A DNA stretch of 63,015 nucleotides, counting the filler, from Asterionella formosa (lineage: Eukaryota): the NCBI GenBank assembly GCA_002256025.1. It is 12 parts of 12 records of this genome, joined end to end, with 100 filler letters (N's around TTAATTAATTAA, not from the genome) between each part and the next. Parts side by side here need not be neighbours in the genome. Positions count along the whole stretch, not along the records: positions 31,599 to 36,761 come from NKIB01013192.1; positions 36,862 to 42,016 come from NKIB01013193.1; positions 42,117 to 47,268 come from NKIB01013194.1; positions 47,369 to 52,518 come from NKIB01013195.1; 8 more parts are not named here. The stretch is one strand, 5' to 3'. Each line of letters begins with the position of its first letter. The first letter of the stretch is position 1. The notes beneath the pieces are model-generated. The model did not search any database, was not told the origin of the DNA, and worked only from the letters and a program-made list of their open reading frames with translations. Below are positions 35,128-48,016 of the stretch, one piece after another. Made by a program: the position numbers and the translations under genes.

Positions 35128-35603
35128 TGTTATGGTAGTCTACTGTTGTTGTGTATCTTTGTTAGGATTGTCAGTAATAATGTAAATCAACAACAGTGAA
35201 GAATCTAAGAAAAAGAAATGAAAATACCTCCATTCACGATTTTCATATTAGAGAGTAATTTTGTCATTTCAAGATTTTAGGATGATTGCTGTATGCATAT
35301 TAGTCGAGTCGAACTGATCAGTCTTGAATAATATTCCAGCCAAAATACAGAATTGAAATGCTGTGCAAATTTGAACAGCATGATCATTGATTGCCATGAA
35401 CAATATCAGCAAAAGCAAGGTAAATATTTGAATGGAGAATTTTCATATATAAGTTATAGATATATTTTCCTGCAAAGGCATGTATTGTGTAATGCAGATA
35501 GCATTGAACATTCATAATTGTTCTACCAAGCAAGTTGAGTTGAGTTGAGTTGTCAGTAGGGAGTTGAATGCCTATGAATATATATATATATATATTACTA
35601 GGA

Positions 35604-35700
35604 GGGGAATGGCTGATTGGTTAGCACACCTCCTGAGGTGGCAGATTCGATTCCTGCATTCTCTGCCAGCTTTGGTTATGTTGTCCCTTGGGTTCTGGGT
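35604..35700 (+). mobile_element. tRNA-derived SINE-like element, copy A
   Basis: A-box-like TGGCTGATTGG, D-stem GCT...AGC, T-arm GCAGATTCGATTCCTGC and acceptor-like GGGAATG/CATTCTC, then a non-tRNA tail shared with 51208-51298. Lies beside a (TA)n tract. Confidence 0.6.
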
Positions 35701-37774
35701 GGTGAGGCTGACAACAAGCAGGTCTTAGTAGGCCCTCCTCTGGCAGTCCAAGTGCAACTTCACAACCTCCACTATTGGCAAGCTCTTTCATACTTTTATA
35801 GTATAAAGCTAACTTAATTATGTATATACATATTTGGAAAGCAGATTCATTAATAAACAGTAGCTATAGAGTCTTTATTCATTCAATTCCTACGAATTTA
35901 TATTGTGGAGAGTTTGTCCTCCAAAAGAATGGTGTCATTGGAAGATTGTTGGATGGTGTGGATGCCTCATGGGACTGACGCATTTTTTTCAAATGAATCC
36001 AACAGCACCCGACAACCTCCTTTCGCCACCACAATAATTATCAGTTTATTTGGTACATTCATCTACATCCTACTAGTACATGATTAGTATCACAGAAAGA
36101 GATAGAATTGTACTGACAGATTTTACTATGCCAAATAAACCGGTTGGCCTCCTGGTAAGTTCTAGTATTTCGAGATAGTAAAATTCTGAAGTTCCATTCT
36201 GCACTTTCTCGCCAAAAGTTAACTTCTGCGGCTATATTAAGATTAGTAGCTACCAATGTATTTAATTCTGCACTTTCTTGCCAGATCCTATATCTTGACG
36301 ATATAGGAGTAGACAGGAAACCAAAATACCTTGTATTGGAATTCAATACAAGATGAAAAAGTAATTTACCAAAAAAACGTTGGCTCAGTTATGTTCCAGT
36401 TGTATATAAATTGAAATTTATCTTATGGTACGTTAAAGCTATAAATTTTTAGCTATACTTAGTTTGGTTTCATCGCCCTGGCAACTGAATTTCATCCATA
36501 AGGCTGGTGCTAACCGCGGACCAAAACGCGAACCAAACAGCGTATTGGTTTCAGCAACTCTAAAAAGCGATGATAATGGGAGGAGTGAAAAGTAACATTT
36601 TTCCAAAGTTACCTAAACCTAGTATTCCATGTTGATTACTTAAAATGTAGCAGGCATACAAGCTAAACCCAATTATTTTCAGCATAGTATGTAAATGTCA
36701 TTTATTAAGCGCCTAAGCTATTGCTGCTCTATTATCAGTAAGGGAGCTCTCATGGTGCTTCNNNNNNNNNNNNNNNNNNNNNNNNNNNNNNNNNNNNNNN
36801 NNNNNTTAATTAATTAANNNNNNNNNNNNNNNNNNNNNNNNNNNNNNNNNNNNNNNNNNNNCTGATGAATCAATTAACAACAGCAAAAATGGAAAATTTG
36901 ACACTTGAATGCTTTTTGTGTTCTCTTAAAGATGATACTCTCTTTGTTATATAATTATTACAACTCATCAGGCATTTTTCTGTGACAACAATTTACACTG
37001 CTGGATCCCATTGGAAATTATGGTAACTGAATTGTACTAAAGGAAGGTCCATGAATATGGTAGGAGAGTAGTGTGAGTTCAGAGTCATGGCCTCCCCCTG
37101 AGGTTGATCCCCCCCCCCTTCACATTTTCTCATGGTGGAACCAATCACCCAATAATTTTCTAGACATGACAAAGAATGTACTGTAATTCTTTTTGTCTTG
37201 TAGGCACTGGTATATAACTATTTAGCTATGATTTTGTGATTATTACTTTGTACATAAAAAGTGATAAAAGTAGTCTTTATAGAGATAGAGAGTGTTGGAA
37301 TCATGGTATCCACTAATAGAAGAGGTTAATAACTTCATCCAAAACAAAGTTATTCAAGGAGAATTATTGGGAAACTTACTGGGGTATAACAAAATTTTCT
37401 AGTATGAAATAATTTACCAAATACTTTTGTTTCATGAGGATGTTATCAATGCAACGATATCATTTTGTTTTGCATAGACAGTTGTGGCAAGGCTGGAATC
37501 ATAGTATCCACTTATAGAGAAGGTATTTAGCGCAATTTTGCGTTCCAAAAGGGCAATCTTATCATGGAAGTTTTTGAATATAAAACAACAATGGAAAATG
37601 ATGCATTTGTTTTCTCATTGACATTTTCAATTCTCACATGATACTTCATCTACTATTGAGATTCAGCATAGAAGGAGATATGGAAATGTAACAGACTGCT
37701 GTCCACATAGTTATAGGTATACAATGATTCTGATTACAATTTCTTTTCCATGTCGCTTGTTTCCGCATTTGGGA

Positions 37775-38290
37775 TGCTGTACTTGTATTCACTGTTGAAC
37801 TTGTCCACATCTTTGTTACCATCAATAGAGCAAAAAGTGGCTCTCTTCATTGTTGTTTGCTCATGGAAAAATCGCCCGGTATGCGTATCATCAACAATAG
37901 AGGGACAAATGACCTTCATAATTATCATTGTGGTTTGCCATTGGAAAAATTTGATATCCGTATTGTCATTTGCTTGTTGGAACTGTCCGTTGCTTCAAAC
38001 CTGCTTAGTGTGTGCATACACACACTGTCAACTTGTTTTCATTGGTGTGTTGCTCTTGTATTCACTGTTGATCTTGTCCGCATCTTTGTTACCATCAATA
38101 GAGCGACAAGTGGCTCTCTTCATTGTTGTTCGCTCCTGGAAAAGTCGGTGTCCATGTCATCATCAATAGAAAGACAAGTGTCTTTCATCATTGTGGTTTG
38201 CCGCTGGAAAAATTGGTGCCCATATTGTCGTTCGCTCGTTGGAACCACTGTCTGTTGCCTCAAACCTGCTTAGCATGTGTGTATCTACAC
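37775..38290. repeat. Tandem duplication, ~273-bp unit with internal ~65-bp subrepeats
   Basis: cttgtattcactgttga...catctttgttaccatcaatagagc...gtggctctcttcattgttgtt occurs at ~37782 and ~38055. Confidence 0.85.
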
Positions 38291-39099
38291 TGCCTGTCGA
38301 TTTGTGTACATTACAGCAGTGACTTAGCTACTAAAGTGCGTGTTATAATATCATGCTCCATAGTACGATGCAGTATAGTACAGTTCCCAATCAACATTGA
38401 ATGATTGATAAGATGATAATGTGATATTACAACAGGGTTATTTCGATGCATAAATCACCAAAAATGATACGTAATATTGAATAATGCTGATCGCATAGCT
38501 ATGATACATTGATCATAGAACTATGATAATTTCTTAAAATGTTTATGATATATTTTCAATCAAAATAGGATCATGTTAAAATAATACAATGACAAAAAAA
38601 TACGATAAATATGTATGCAAGTGTTATCAGAAGATCAAAGAGAAAAGATCAATAAATTATCATAAAGTATATTAGTTAATGTATATATTCGACATTTAAT
38701 GTATGCAGTAAAAGCAAACAGTTAACATGATAGTATTATACTGTGAATAGGATATAAGTATACAGATGTGTTAATATATACATCACCATAATATGATTTG
38801 TGATAGTTATTGATGCATATCACATACCGGTACCCTCCACAACCAGCCATCATGTTCATTGTCATGTCGTTTTCCTTGTTATCTAAATATGTATGTTGTA
38901 AACTCCCTATGTAGACAACCGCTGGCGCAACATGCATATTACACTGTTCTCTGTTCAACAATTGCTACACTTGGTTACCATCACACCAGTTGAACCACCA
39001 CAAGCGCCGCAAAAGGCTCCGCATTTCCTCTGACTGTTTTACATCATAGTCTTCTTGCCCTTTGACAACTTTCCAAATGCCATTTCATGGATTTCATGG

Positions 39100-41420
39100 A
39101 AAAGATCAGTGAAACAAGAAATGTGACTTCTTTGCGTTGTTTACACTACACAACTTTATAATGTCGGAAAAGAAGATGAAGAAACTCATGATTTCAATCG
39201 AAGATTCCTTTGAATGAACTCAAAAGGGCGATCGGATGAATTTGAACAGATTCATGATACTCCAGAAAAAATAATGAATTATGCCGATACAATAGTGGCA
39301 GAGATTGAAAAGAAGGAAAGATTGCTTTCTAAGAGCCAAGGAAACCCAAACAGTTGTTCTTTGCGGATGAAGACTCTATTTCTAAAGAGTCACAGTTCCA
39401 TCCAGTGTCGTATTTTGCTCCTCATTCTCCTGACATCGCTGATAATGAAGAAGAACTCAGTGATTCTCATTCATTTGATGAACAAATTTATGCGATGAAT
39501 GAAAATACCGGTGGAAATGTGGGAGACATGCATCACTTCTGAAGTAGAAATGGTTGAAAAGTTGCAAAACCAAGAAATATGGCTCACTATTTGTCCAGAA
39601 CATCAAAATGACCATCATGAAAGCAGAGAAACTATTGCGTTTCTAAAAGAAAAAGCAAGATATTCAAGAAAAAATCTGCGCTAGATCAAGACCTAGAATT
39701 CAAGAAGATCAATGCAGACAGAGATGTGATGCTGGCTAAGGCAGTTGATGCACTGAGTCAGGAAGGAAGTTTGAAGCACAAAATTGAACCTTTTTTCAAA
39801 TCATACATGGAAGAAAAAGAATTTCATTGTAAAATCATTGAGAAGAACCCCGAAGGCAGCTAGCTACTTTTGTGAAGAGCTGGCATGTGAAATGTGTAGA
39901 TTTATTATGCCAAAGCAAACTGCATTTTCCTTGAAATTGCCGAAATTGCATGGACAACTAAAATTGTGGCAAGATTTGTACACATGTACTACCCCACAAG
40001 AAATATGCAATTATGCCTCTGTATTTTATGGAGTCAAAGGTAGTATCAAAAAATCATATTCAGATTTCAATGATCTTGCATATTGGGACCTTGAAACAAT
40101 TACCTCGCTCTATGATCCATGATTATATAATTCATGAACTTCATCCAACTGATGTAAAGGTTATGTTTGATCTGGATGAGAACCCAGAAAAGGGTAATAA
40201 CAAACCGTATATATACCAGGGTGATTTTCATCCACTTCGCCCATCATGACAGTAACTTTGTCCTAATTGTGTATTGCAAAAGATCAGATGAGTAGCAAGG
40301 AAAACAACCATTTTGTGCATTATCTTTTTGCTATAAATGATGGATTATGTCAAGTCCATGATCCAGGAAAAGATGCAAGTGTGGATGAACATTATGATCA
40401 AGTATTTCACCTTGCCCGTAAGTACTGCATCATCCCTGGATGCACAAAACAATTGGAATTGTTATACACCGATACAGGATATCTTCCACAAGAATCCCAT
40501 ACACCTGAAGAAATTGGTTTATTGGAATCTTTCTATACTGGCACCAAAGCACAACACCATTGCAGATCATTATGGCCACTGAATATGATTCCATGCTATT
40601 TCAACCACACCAGAAGATGATAGTGGATGGTCATGTGGACCATTTACAATTGTGAAAGTATTGGAAACTCTATTGCAACTAGAAAGGAATGGCAAAACCA
40701 AATTTCTTGGCAACCGGCCAGGCAAAATTCAGTTTGGAGACAGAGTCCTGGAAAGATTTAAAACGTCAGGTGGTAGCAACAGATTGAACAGACGATTTGT
40801 TATCTGTTACATCTGACCCACCAACCAAATCAACATACTTTCATCTTGGTATAGTTTGGCCTCAAGTGACAACGGCAAGCAAGTTCTCATGAGGATATGT
40901 TTCAGTTGGAAATAACTGTTCTTCAATTTTGTATCAACAACATTTCAAGCTCCTATTTAGGTTGAAAAATGTTGAACAAAGTATTTGGACGCCTTCCTTC
41001 CAATTCATCTTTCAAGAAGGATGATGTTGTCAACGTGAAATCTATGATCTAACAAATGAATGAAAAAGATGCTCCCTTCAAATGGTATAATCATGCACCT
41101 CTTGGCCAAATTTCTGGATGCATCAAAATTTGTAACTGCTGATAGCCCCTCAGGGTGAAATCCATGATCCAGCAAATGAATGAAAAAGATGCTCCCTTCA
41201 AATGGTATAATCATGCACCTCTTGGCCAAATTTCTGGATGCATCAAAATTCACAAAAAGTTGAAAACATATTTTGTAACTGATGATAGCCCTTCTGGAAT
41301 CAAATTGAAAAAGTTTACAGACTCATATGGAAGTGCAGTTGAAAAAGGGAGAAGAAAAATTTCGGACGAAACGAGAAGGACCATCATAGGTTCTTTGGGA
41401 GTGAAAAAGAACAAATAATG
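39100..41420 (+). pseudogene. Frameshifted Ulp1/C48-like cysteine protease gene belonging to a dispersed repeat family
   Basis: NHFVHYLFAINDGLCQVHDPG (His-x16-Asp), then FQ-PEDDSGWSCGP (Cys codon 40634-40636). Homologous copies at 56164-57550 and ~58920-59060. Internal ~120-bp duplication at ~41035-41290. Confidence 0.55.
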
Positions 41421-42152
41421 GATCATTGGATAATCATTTCTTAGGAAATTGTAGTTTGTGAAAACCTCATAATAACCAATTTAGTATGCGAAACTATATT
41501 GTTACCATTATCATTCATATTATTCTTATATATTTATCAACGTTTGCTTGTTAGTTTTTGGTCCCACCCAATTGATTTCCATAAATTAGTACATGAAGGC
41601 ATGGCAACCTAAAAATTATCTTTCCATACATTTTCAAACCAAGTTGCAGAAGTTACTTCATCATATATGCATGCGTTCTCCACAAGCTGTAAGTTTCACT
41701 TGTGGGTGACATACAAAATGTTGCATGATTTTTGAATCATGTAACAATCCTGCCATGAGGTGTACTGGTTCGAAATAATGGAGTGTGCGTGGTATGATCA
41801 TGTTTGAATTGTTATCAATCTTTATTTGTTTGGTCAACAGTTGACCACCAGCTAATGTTGGTGGAAATGAAATGCACATCCATACGTTTTTTCAAAGTCT
41901 AGTAGGATTCCATCAAAATATATCATTGATTTTGCCTTGAAAAACCATTTCATTAGATGATCAAAGGAAACTGGTGGAAGGTAATTCTCGTTAATGAATA
42001 ACACGAGTTCTAATTCNNNNNNNNNNNNNNNNNNNNNNNNNNNNNNNNNNNNNNNNNNNNTTAATTAATTAANNNNNNNNNNNNNNNNNNNNNNNNNNNN
42101 NNNNNNNNNNNNNNNNACCTTGTACGCCAGAATAACTTGTCTTTATACACAG

Positions 42153-43124
42153 GCTCAAGTTACATTTAGCCCTTCCATGTGTCTGCGATTTGGGGACGGA
42201 TCAAATCATCCTGTAAGTGAAGTGAAAAGGGAGTTCTGCTCTATGATTGATTTCTACCTTATGCATTTTCGTGTAAGTACAGACACCTCAACAAGCCCCG
42301 TTTCCTGTGCTTGAGATGCGTCTGATGAATGATGTAAGTGTTTGCTTGTGGATTTTTGCATATTCATCTTGTCTTAAATTCATGCACACTTTGAGTCCAC
42401 ATACTAACCCATAGCAAACAGTGGGCAGAATCTGCAAGTTGTGAAATCATTTTCGCTAAGATTGAGTGCATGGTGATATCTCTAGGTAGACATCTCCAAA
42501 ATGGTGCTACAGTTTCCAGTGCAAGAGAGTTCACTGTCGAAAACACAAAAGAAAAAACAAAGGAAAGGGTCATTGAGCGCAACATAATGCTTCTCGTTCA
42601 TCCTGACCGCCACCCTTACGTCTCCACTGGTGTTTGGGATTTCCGACATGTAAGTGACAGCAAAACTACCATGGTGCTAGTTTACTTTCCATATGTTGCT
42701 AACGATAGTTCTGGAAACTTCCATGGCAAAAGGTCCTCAATAAAGATTCACCCCTCCTGACTAAAACGGCACGCGAAGAAATAGAAAGGAATAATGATAG
42801 CTGGCCAACTCAGTTCAACACAGACAAAGAGAAAATAAAAGAATTCATTACCTTCAACAAAATTGTAAGTGATTCATTTTTTTCATTCATGCTTGCTTGC
42901 AATGGATTCCACCTAACTATACTTCAACGTTCGTCGTGGTAACATTATAGCAAGTTACTTTCACCGGGACATTGAGTTTGACAGCAGCCCCTGTGTTCAA
43001 AATAAAATCATATAACTTGCAAGACTTGCACATTGGCTCAACATTTAAAGAAGACAATTCGGAGTTGTCAAAACATGACTTGCTTACAAAACTTACTGAT
43101 GAACGAAACAGCCTGAGTGGCTAG
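42153..43124 (+). CDS. Intron-rich hypothetical protein, 3' part. Exons 42153-42212, 42283-42333, 42422-42649, 42709-42864, 42951-43124
   Basis: Four GTAAGT...AG introns (70, 88, 59 and 86 nt), all phase 0, give a 222-aa stop-free frame ending TAG at 43122-43124. An upstream acceptor lies at 42151-42152. Confidence 0.65.
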
Positions 43125-43392
43125 TGAAACATGATTGGCAGAGTGGCACTTGTTCCACTTGTTTGATGCCGCTTACACGAATATACTTACGTCAAATAAC
43201 CAAATCCATTATCGGAGCTCTAAGGTGAATCAACATCACGAAAGTATATATAGACATTATTTCAGGAGTCACGTTATGTCTTTTTGTGGTGGTTTGTCTT
43301 GCTCTTCATGTAGGAGTATCCATATAATAATCAATTTATGATGTTACGACTATTTCTCACTCAGTTGTAGAACTGACCCTATAATAGTCAAG

Positions 43393-44380
43393 TTATGATG
43401 TTATGACTACTTTTTTCACTATTTTCAAATAACACCGAAGTGCCGTCACATGTAATGTAAAAAGACGAAAGGGCTCACTCTTTGATCCTGTAGCAACGGA
43501 TGGCAATTCTTCTCTCAACCTTCTCATCATTGTCAGGTATATAGTCAATTGTTCTCTCATAACAGCAACGGTGGTTATTGGCATCCCCCGTATCAAGCAA
43601 GCTTCCAATACTTCGTCATCTGTCATATCATGACAATACTTGATATCATATCCTTCGTCAATGAGTAAATCATCATCTTTAGTAATATGATAGGCATGTT
43701 GTTCCATGTCATAACAGAGCCATGTGAATGGTATAGCAGGAACTAACCATTTTGTAATTATGGATGGAAATCGTTGAAGATATCCTGATGCCAAAGCCAG
43801 TGTTATCATATGATGTCGTGAAATGGTAGATAAAGTAGTAGTACTTGTCTCCGTGTTTCCTTGATGCAACGCTTCAACCACACTACGGAAGTCTACAATA
43901 GGACCTACCGAATCTCCCTCCTCCAAAACAATTATACCCTTATCTATTCTTGGATCAATCCCCACCAATGTCCAAAAGTGTTCTGCCAAATCTTTATATT
44001 GCATTTGACGCTGTGAAAGTTCAATTCTTGCATTTGATATAATTTCAAATGTATTGAAAAATTGTCGTGACATCCATTGTCTTGGTGATAGTATGGCCAA
44101 TAGGACAGGAATGTACCCGATAAATGGTGGGATACTCACAATTAGTAAAGGCAAGGCAATACGTACATCATACAACACCATACGTTGTTGTTCTGTTTGT
44201 CGTCGAGGGATGGTACCATTCCAAGCATTGGGGATGGTCTTTGATGCATCATTAATTGTCTTACTCCTTGAAATGTCATTGCAAAGTTTGGTAGCATTTT
44301 TTGGAAAATTCTGTATCCGTTCCCACCATTTTTGTGGTCGATGATGCTGGTGATGAGTACTATTGTTTTTATTAGATGAT
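43393..44380 (-). CDS. LETM1-domain mitochondrial protein (LETMD1-like); 5' end lost in the 44381-45090 gap
   Basis: DVRIALPLLIVSIPPFIGYIPVLLAILSPRQWMSRQF (TM/PPF motif) and DDDLLIDEG...MTDDEVLEACLIRGM. Confidence 0.75.
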
Positions 44381-45774
44381 NNNNNNNNNNNNNNNNNNNN
44401 NNNNNNNNNNNNNNNNNNNNNNNNNNNNNNNNNNNNNNNNNNNNNNNNNNNNNNNNNNNNNNNNNNNNNNNNNNNNNNNNNNNNNNNNNNNNNNNNNNNN
44501 NNNNNNNNNNNNNNNNNNNNNNNNNNNNNNNNNNNNNNNNNNNNNNNNNNNNNNNNNNNNNNNNNNNNNNNNNNNNNNNNNNNNNNNNNNNNNNNNNNNN
44601 NNNNNNNNNNNNNNNNNNNNNNNNNNNNNNNNNNNNNNNNNNNNNNNNNNNNNNNNNNNNNNNNNNNNNNNNNNNNNNNNNNNNNNNNNNNNNNNNNNNN
44701 NNNNNNNNNNNNNNNNNNNNNNNNNNNNNNNNNNNNNNNNNNNNNNNNNNNNNNNNNNNNNNNNNNNNNNNNNNNNNNNNNNNNNNNNNNNNNNNNNNNN
44801 NNNNNNNNNNNNNNNNNNNNNNNNNNNNNNNNNNNNNNNNNNNNNNNNNNNNNNNNNNNNNNNNNNNNNNNNNNNNNNNNNNNNNNNNNNNNNNNNNNNN
44901 NNNNNNNNNNNNNNNNNNNNNNNNNNNNNNNNNNNNNNNNNNNNNNNNNNNNNNNNNNNNNNNNNNNNNNNNNNNNNNNNNNNNNNNNNNNNNNNNNNNN
45001 NNNNNNNNNNNNNNNNNNNNNNNNNNNNNNNNNNNNNNNNNNNNNNNNNNNNNNNNNNNNNNNNNNNNNNNNNNNNNNNNNNNNNNNNNNAGATGAAATA
45101 TGTAGATCTCTCACTGTGCTTTTTATCAATCATTATGGAGAACTGGAGCGCAAGTTCTTAGTTTTAGGTTTTATGAAAAGTGATGGTGTATGAAATAACA
45201 ACTTTGATACTGCTGTGAGGAGTGATGACAAAGAAATAGCACTGAAGTATATTTGGGGATAGGAATAAGTAGGCTTTGTTTCTAGTTGAGTATTGACTAC
45301 CTTCTTTCACAGTAATCAAGGTGATGGGGTAACATATTTGGATGGACAGGAGTGCTAACCTGAACCCCAGCTTTGTACTGGTAGGTTGCTCTAAACCATT
45401 TGCATACAAAGCATAATATAATGGGTAACTCATCTTTGTAACATACATTCTATGTATGCTCTATTATTTTACAGTTGCTTCTTTAAATGTCTGTTTCGCC
45501 AGTTTGTACCAGCAGGTTGTTTGGGGGTTATGTGACCATTCCATGATTTCTTGTTCCAGAAAAAGAATACCTTCCTGCTAAACATATTAAATTTTGATTG
45601 TGTTTCACATGAGGTTTTTGTATTAGAAAGTGGTTGTCACACCATTTCTAACAATCTTATCCTCCTACTACTACATGTTTTGACTATGGTCCCAGGTAAA
45701 TTGACTTAAAAACGAAATAAGAAAATCTAGTATGACTATGATATAGATGGGTTTGTATAGTATAACCAATTTTC

Positions 45775-46947
45775 TCAATTATAATCTAGTAAATCCAAAA
45801 CACTCTCATACACAAGGAATGTAATAGCTGCACCAGGAGCGACTCGAACAGCATTAGTGATACACCCTTTAAAAAATCCAGATATTCCTTCTTTTACCCA
45901 TATTTGTTGAACCGTATTGATGAATCCTATGTATACTTTCTTTGCTACCTTGACATCACCAGATGATGTAAGTTCTAGTGCTTCACCAGATCGTTGTTGT
46001 AGACGTGACTTGACGACCTGAAGTGGATATGTTGTTGTGGATGCAATTCTTTGTGCGAAAAACAAGTGTCAGAAGGGTCCAATCCAGTTAAAAAGGTGTT
46101 GTACTTTTTGATTATTACCCTACAAGGCAAAAATACCACTCCAGACTTACATTTTCGCTATTGCCCCAATAGTGACATATCCAATACTTAAATGAAACCG
46201 TTCCATCACTTTGGTACCCTTGATTCGTTTGGCTCGTGCATAATGAAAGTGCTTTTTCAAATATTCATAAGCAACGAATTGTACTCCTCCATGTGATGTC
46301 AGTAATAAGGCTGGAATGGCACCCTTGTATAAACTTAAAATTCCTTCATCACGAACAATGGTCCGTGCTGCATCCATCATGTTCCTATATGGTTGTTTCA
46401 TCGTCACAGCATTATTTTGTGGTAGAAGCTGTTGTTGTTGCTGTTGACCAGTGAGTTGCAATTGCATTCGTGTTTTAATCAGCCATATTGGATTCGTTAG
46501 TGCCACCATACATGCCCCAGCTGCACATGCCAAAAGAAAATGATCCATAGATGACATAGTACAAGTTGTAGTAGTAGTTGTTGTTGTTGACAAAGTCACA
46601 GCCGTTTGCTGCGGGTACTTGGTTCGTTTCAAGATTCGTTTAAATTGTTCATAGAAATAAAAGTATCCACCCCATGAAATAGATGACCCAACAACAGCAG
46701 GAGTGAGACCTTGGTACAATCCAGAAATACCAGCATGTCGAAGGACAGCTCGAACGGTTTGTGTTGCAGTGAGACGATTGGCGCGTAGCGAGGATTCATT
46801 GACTTGCAATCGAACTTTAATTAAATCCAAAGGGTAAAGTGCAATCGTACTAATGGCACCTCCAGAAAAACCTGCGAGGAGTGGAGCCATGGCTTGCTTG
46901 TTGTTGCTCGTTGCGGTTGCATTACTACTGGATGTTGATGTTGTCAT
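45775..46947 (-). CDS. Mitochondrial carrier family protein (folate/FAD carrier, SLC25A32-like). Exons 46947-46151 and 46048-45775
   Basis: Three carrier signatures: YPLDLIKVRLQ, NPIWLIKTRMQ and YPLQVVKSRLQ. A phase-2 intron at 46150-46049 restores GAIAKIIAST. SWGGYFYFYE and SHGGVQF are typical of the folate-carrier subfamily. Confidence 0.9.
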
Positions 46948-48016
46948 GATACAATAATAATATTAGCGCAGTTGCTGTCGGCATCACCGCAATGATTGTT
47001 TCAAACGCCCAGCAGTACTGTATATTGAATGGCTTGCTATCTATGTCTCATCGAGCTTTATTGCCGCTGAGGAAGTGAGGCAGGATGACAAGTTTGATGA
47101 TTATTATCATACAACAACTGTACCAGGTACCAGCTAGCTACCGGCACTCTTTGACATGATGCAAAAACTAGCTTGCTTCAAATACGTTGTCACAATCGCC
47201 TAAAACTCCCGGTAATACAGTTAACGGTATTTTGAATGTGTTGTACCGTCCTGGTGTACCGATATACCNNNNNNNNNNNNNNNNNNNNNNNNNNNNNNNN
47301 NNNNNNNNNNNNTTAATTAATTAANNNNNNNNNNNNNNNNNNNNNNNNNNNNNNNNNNNNNNNNNNNNTACCACTAAGCTGTTCCAGTACTATTTCTATG
47401 TATATTACCTGGTACCGTTATTCTGGCTGTCAAACTAAAATCGGAAATTTTGATCCCGAAAAATTCGATGTGCCCCATATTGCCCCCCAAAAAATTGCTT
47501 AAGAATTTACACAGAAGTACCCGAATGGCAAGATGACAGCTCGAGCGGGAATTGCTGGTATACTACTCCGTACAGCATGTACGGAAAGTACATTGTTCGA
47601 AGATCTTTACGGTATATACTCATGTAGGTCGTGTCCTTACCGTGCCCGAAATACGAATGCAACAAGAAAGAAGCAAAATGTATACAAAGGCTATATGGTA
47701 CCAGGTACCCACCCTGGTACCAGGTACTTACTACCGCTATAATGATCTTCAGGTTGCAACCATCAGCCACAGGTGGAAATCAGGGCAGGCACCCGGTAGT
47801 TCTATTTTCGAATACCGGGTACCGGTATACTGGCCGAGACGTTTTAGCTCAGTCTTGATTTCTTCAGATTTCTCTCTGCTGATTCGTGATCCGAATATTG
47901 TAACTTCGCTGAACACAACGCTATCGTTTACTGTTCGTTTGCCTTTGGTCGTTCTCTTTGATAAATCCCATTACGAGATTATTAAACGCTGTAGTGCAAA
48001 AAGTACAAGAGGCATC

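Noticed and set aside
35604..35664. Functional tRNA gene
   Set aside because: It has no proper 7-nt anticodon loop and is too short. Its homology to a second locus extends beyond the tRNA-like part.
42590..42612. DnaJ J-domain suggested by LLVHPDRH
   Set aside because: Only the HPD tripeptide matches; the flanking J-domain helices are not recognisable.
43096..43110. Hammerhead ribozyme core (CTGATGA...GAAAC)
   Set aside because: No stem II or flanking helices are evident, and it lies within a predicted coding exon.
44363..45193. Long ORFs made mostly of X
   Set aside because: These are artefacts of translating the 710-nt N gap (44381-45090).
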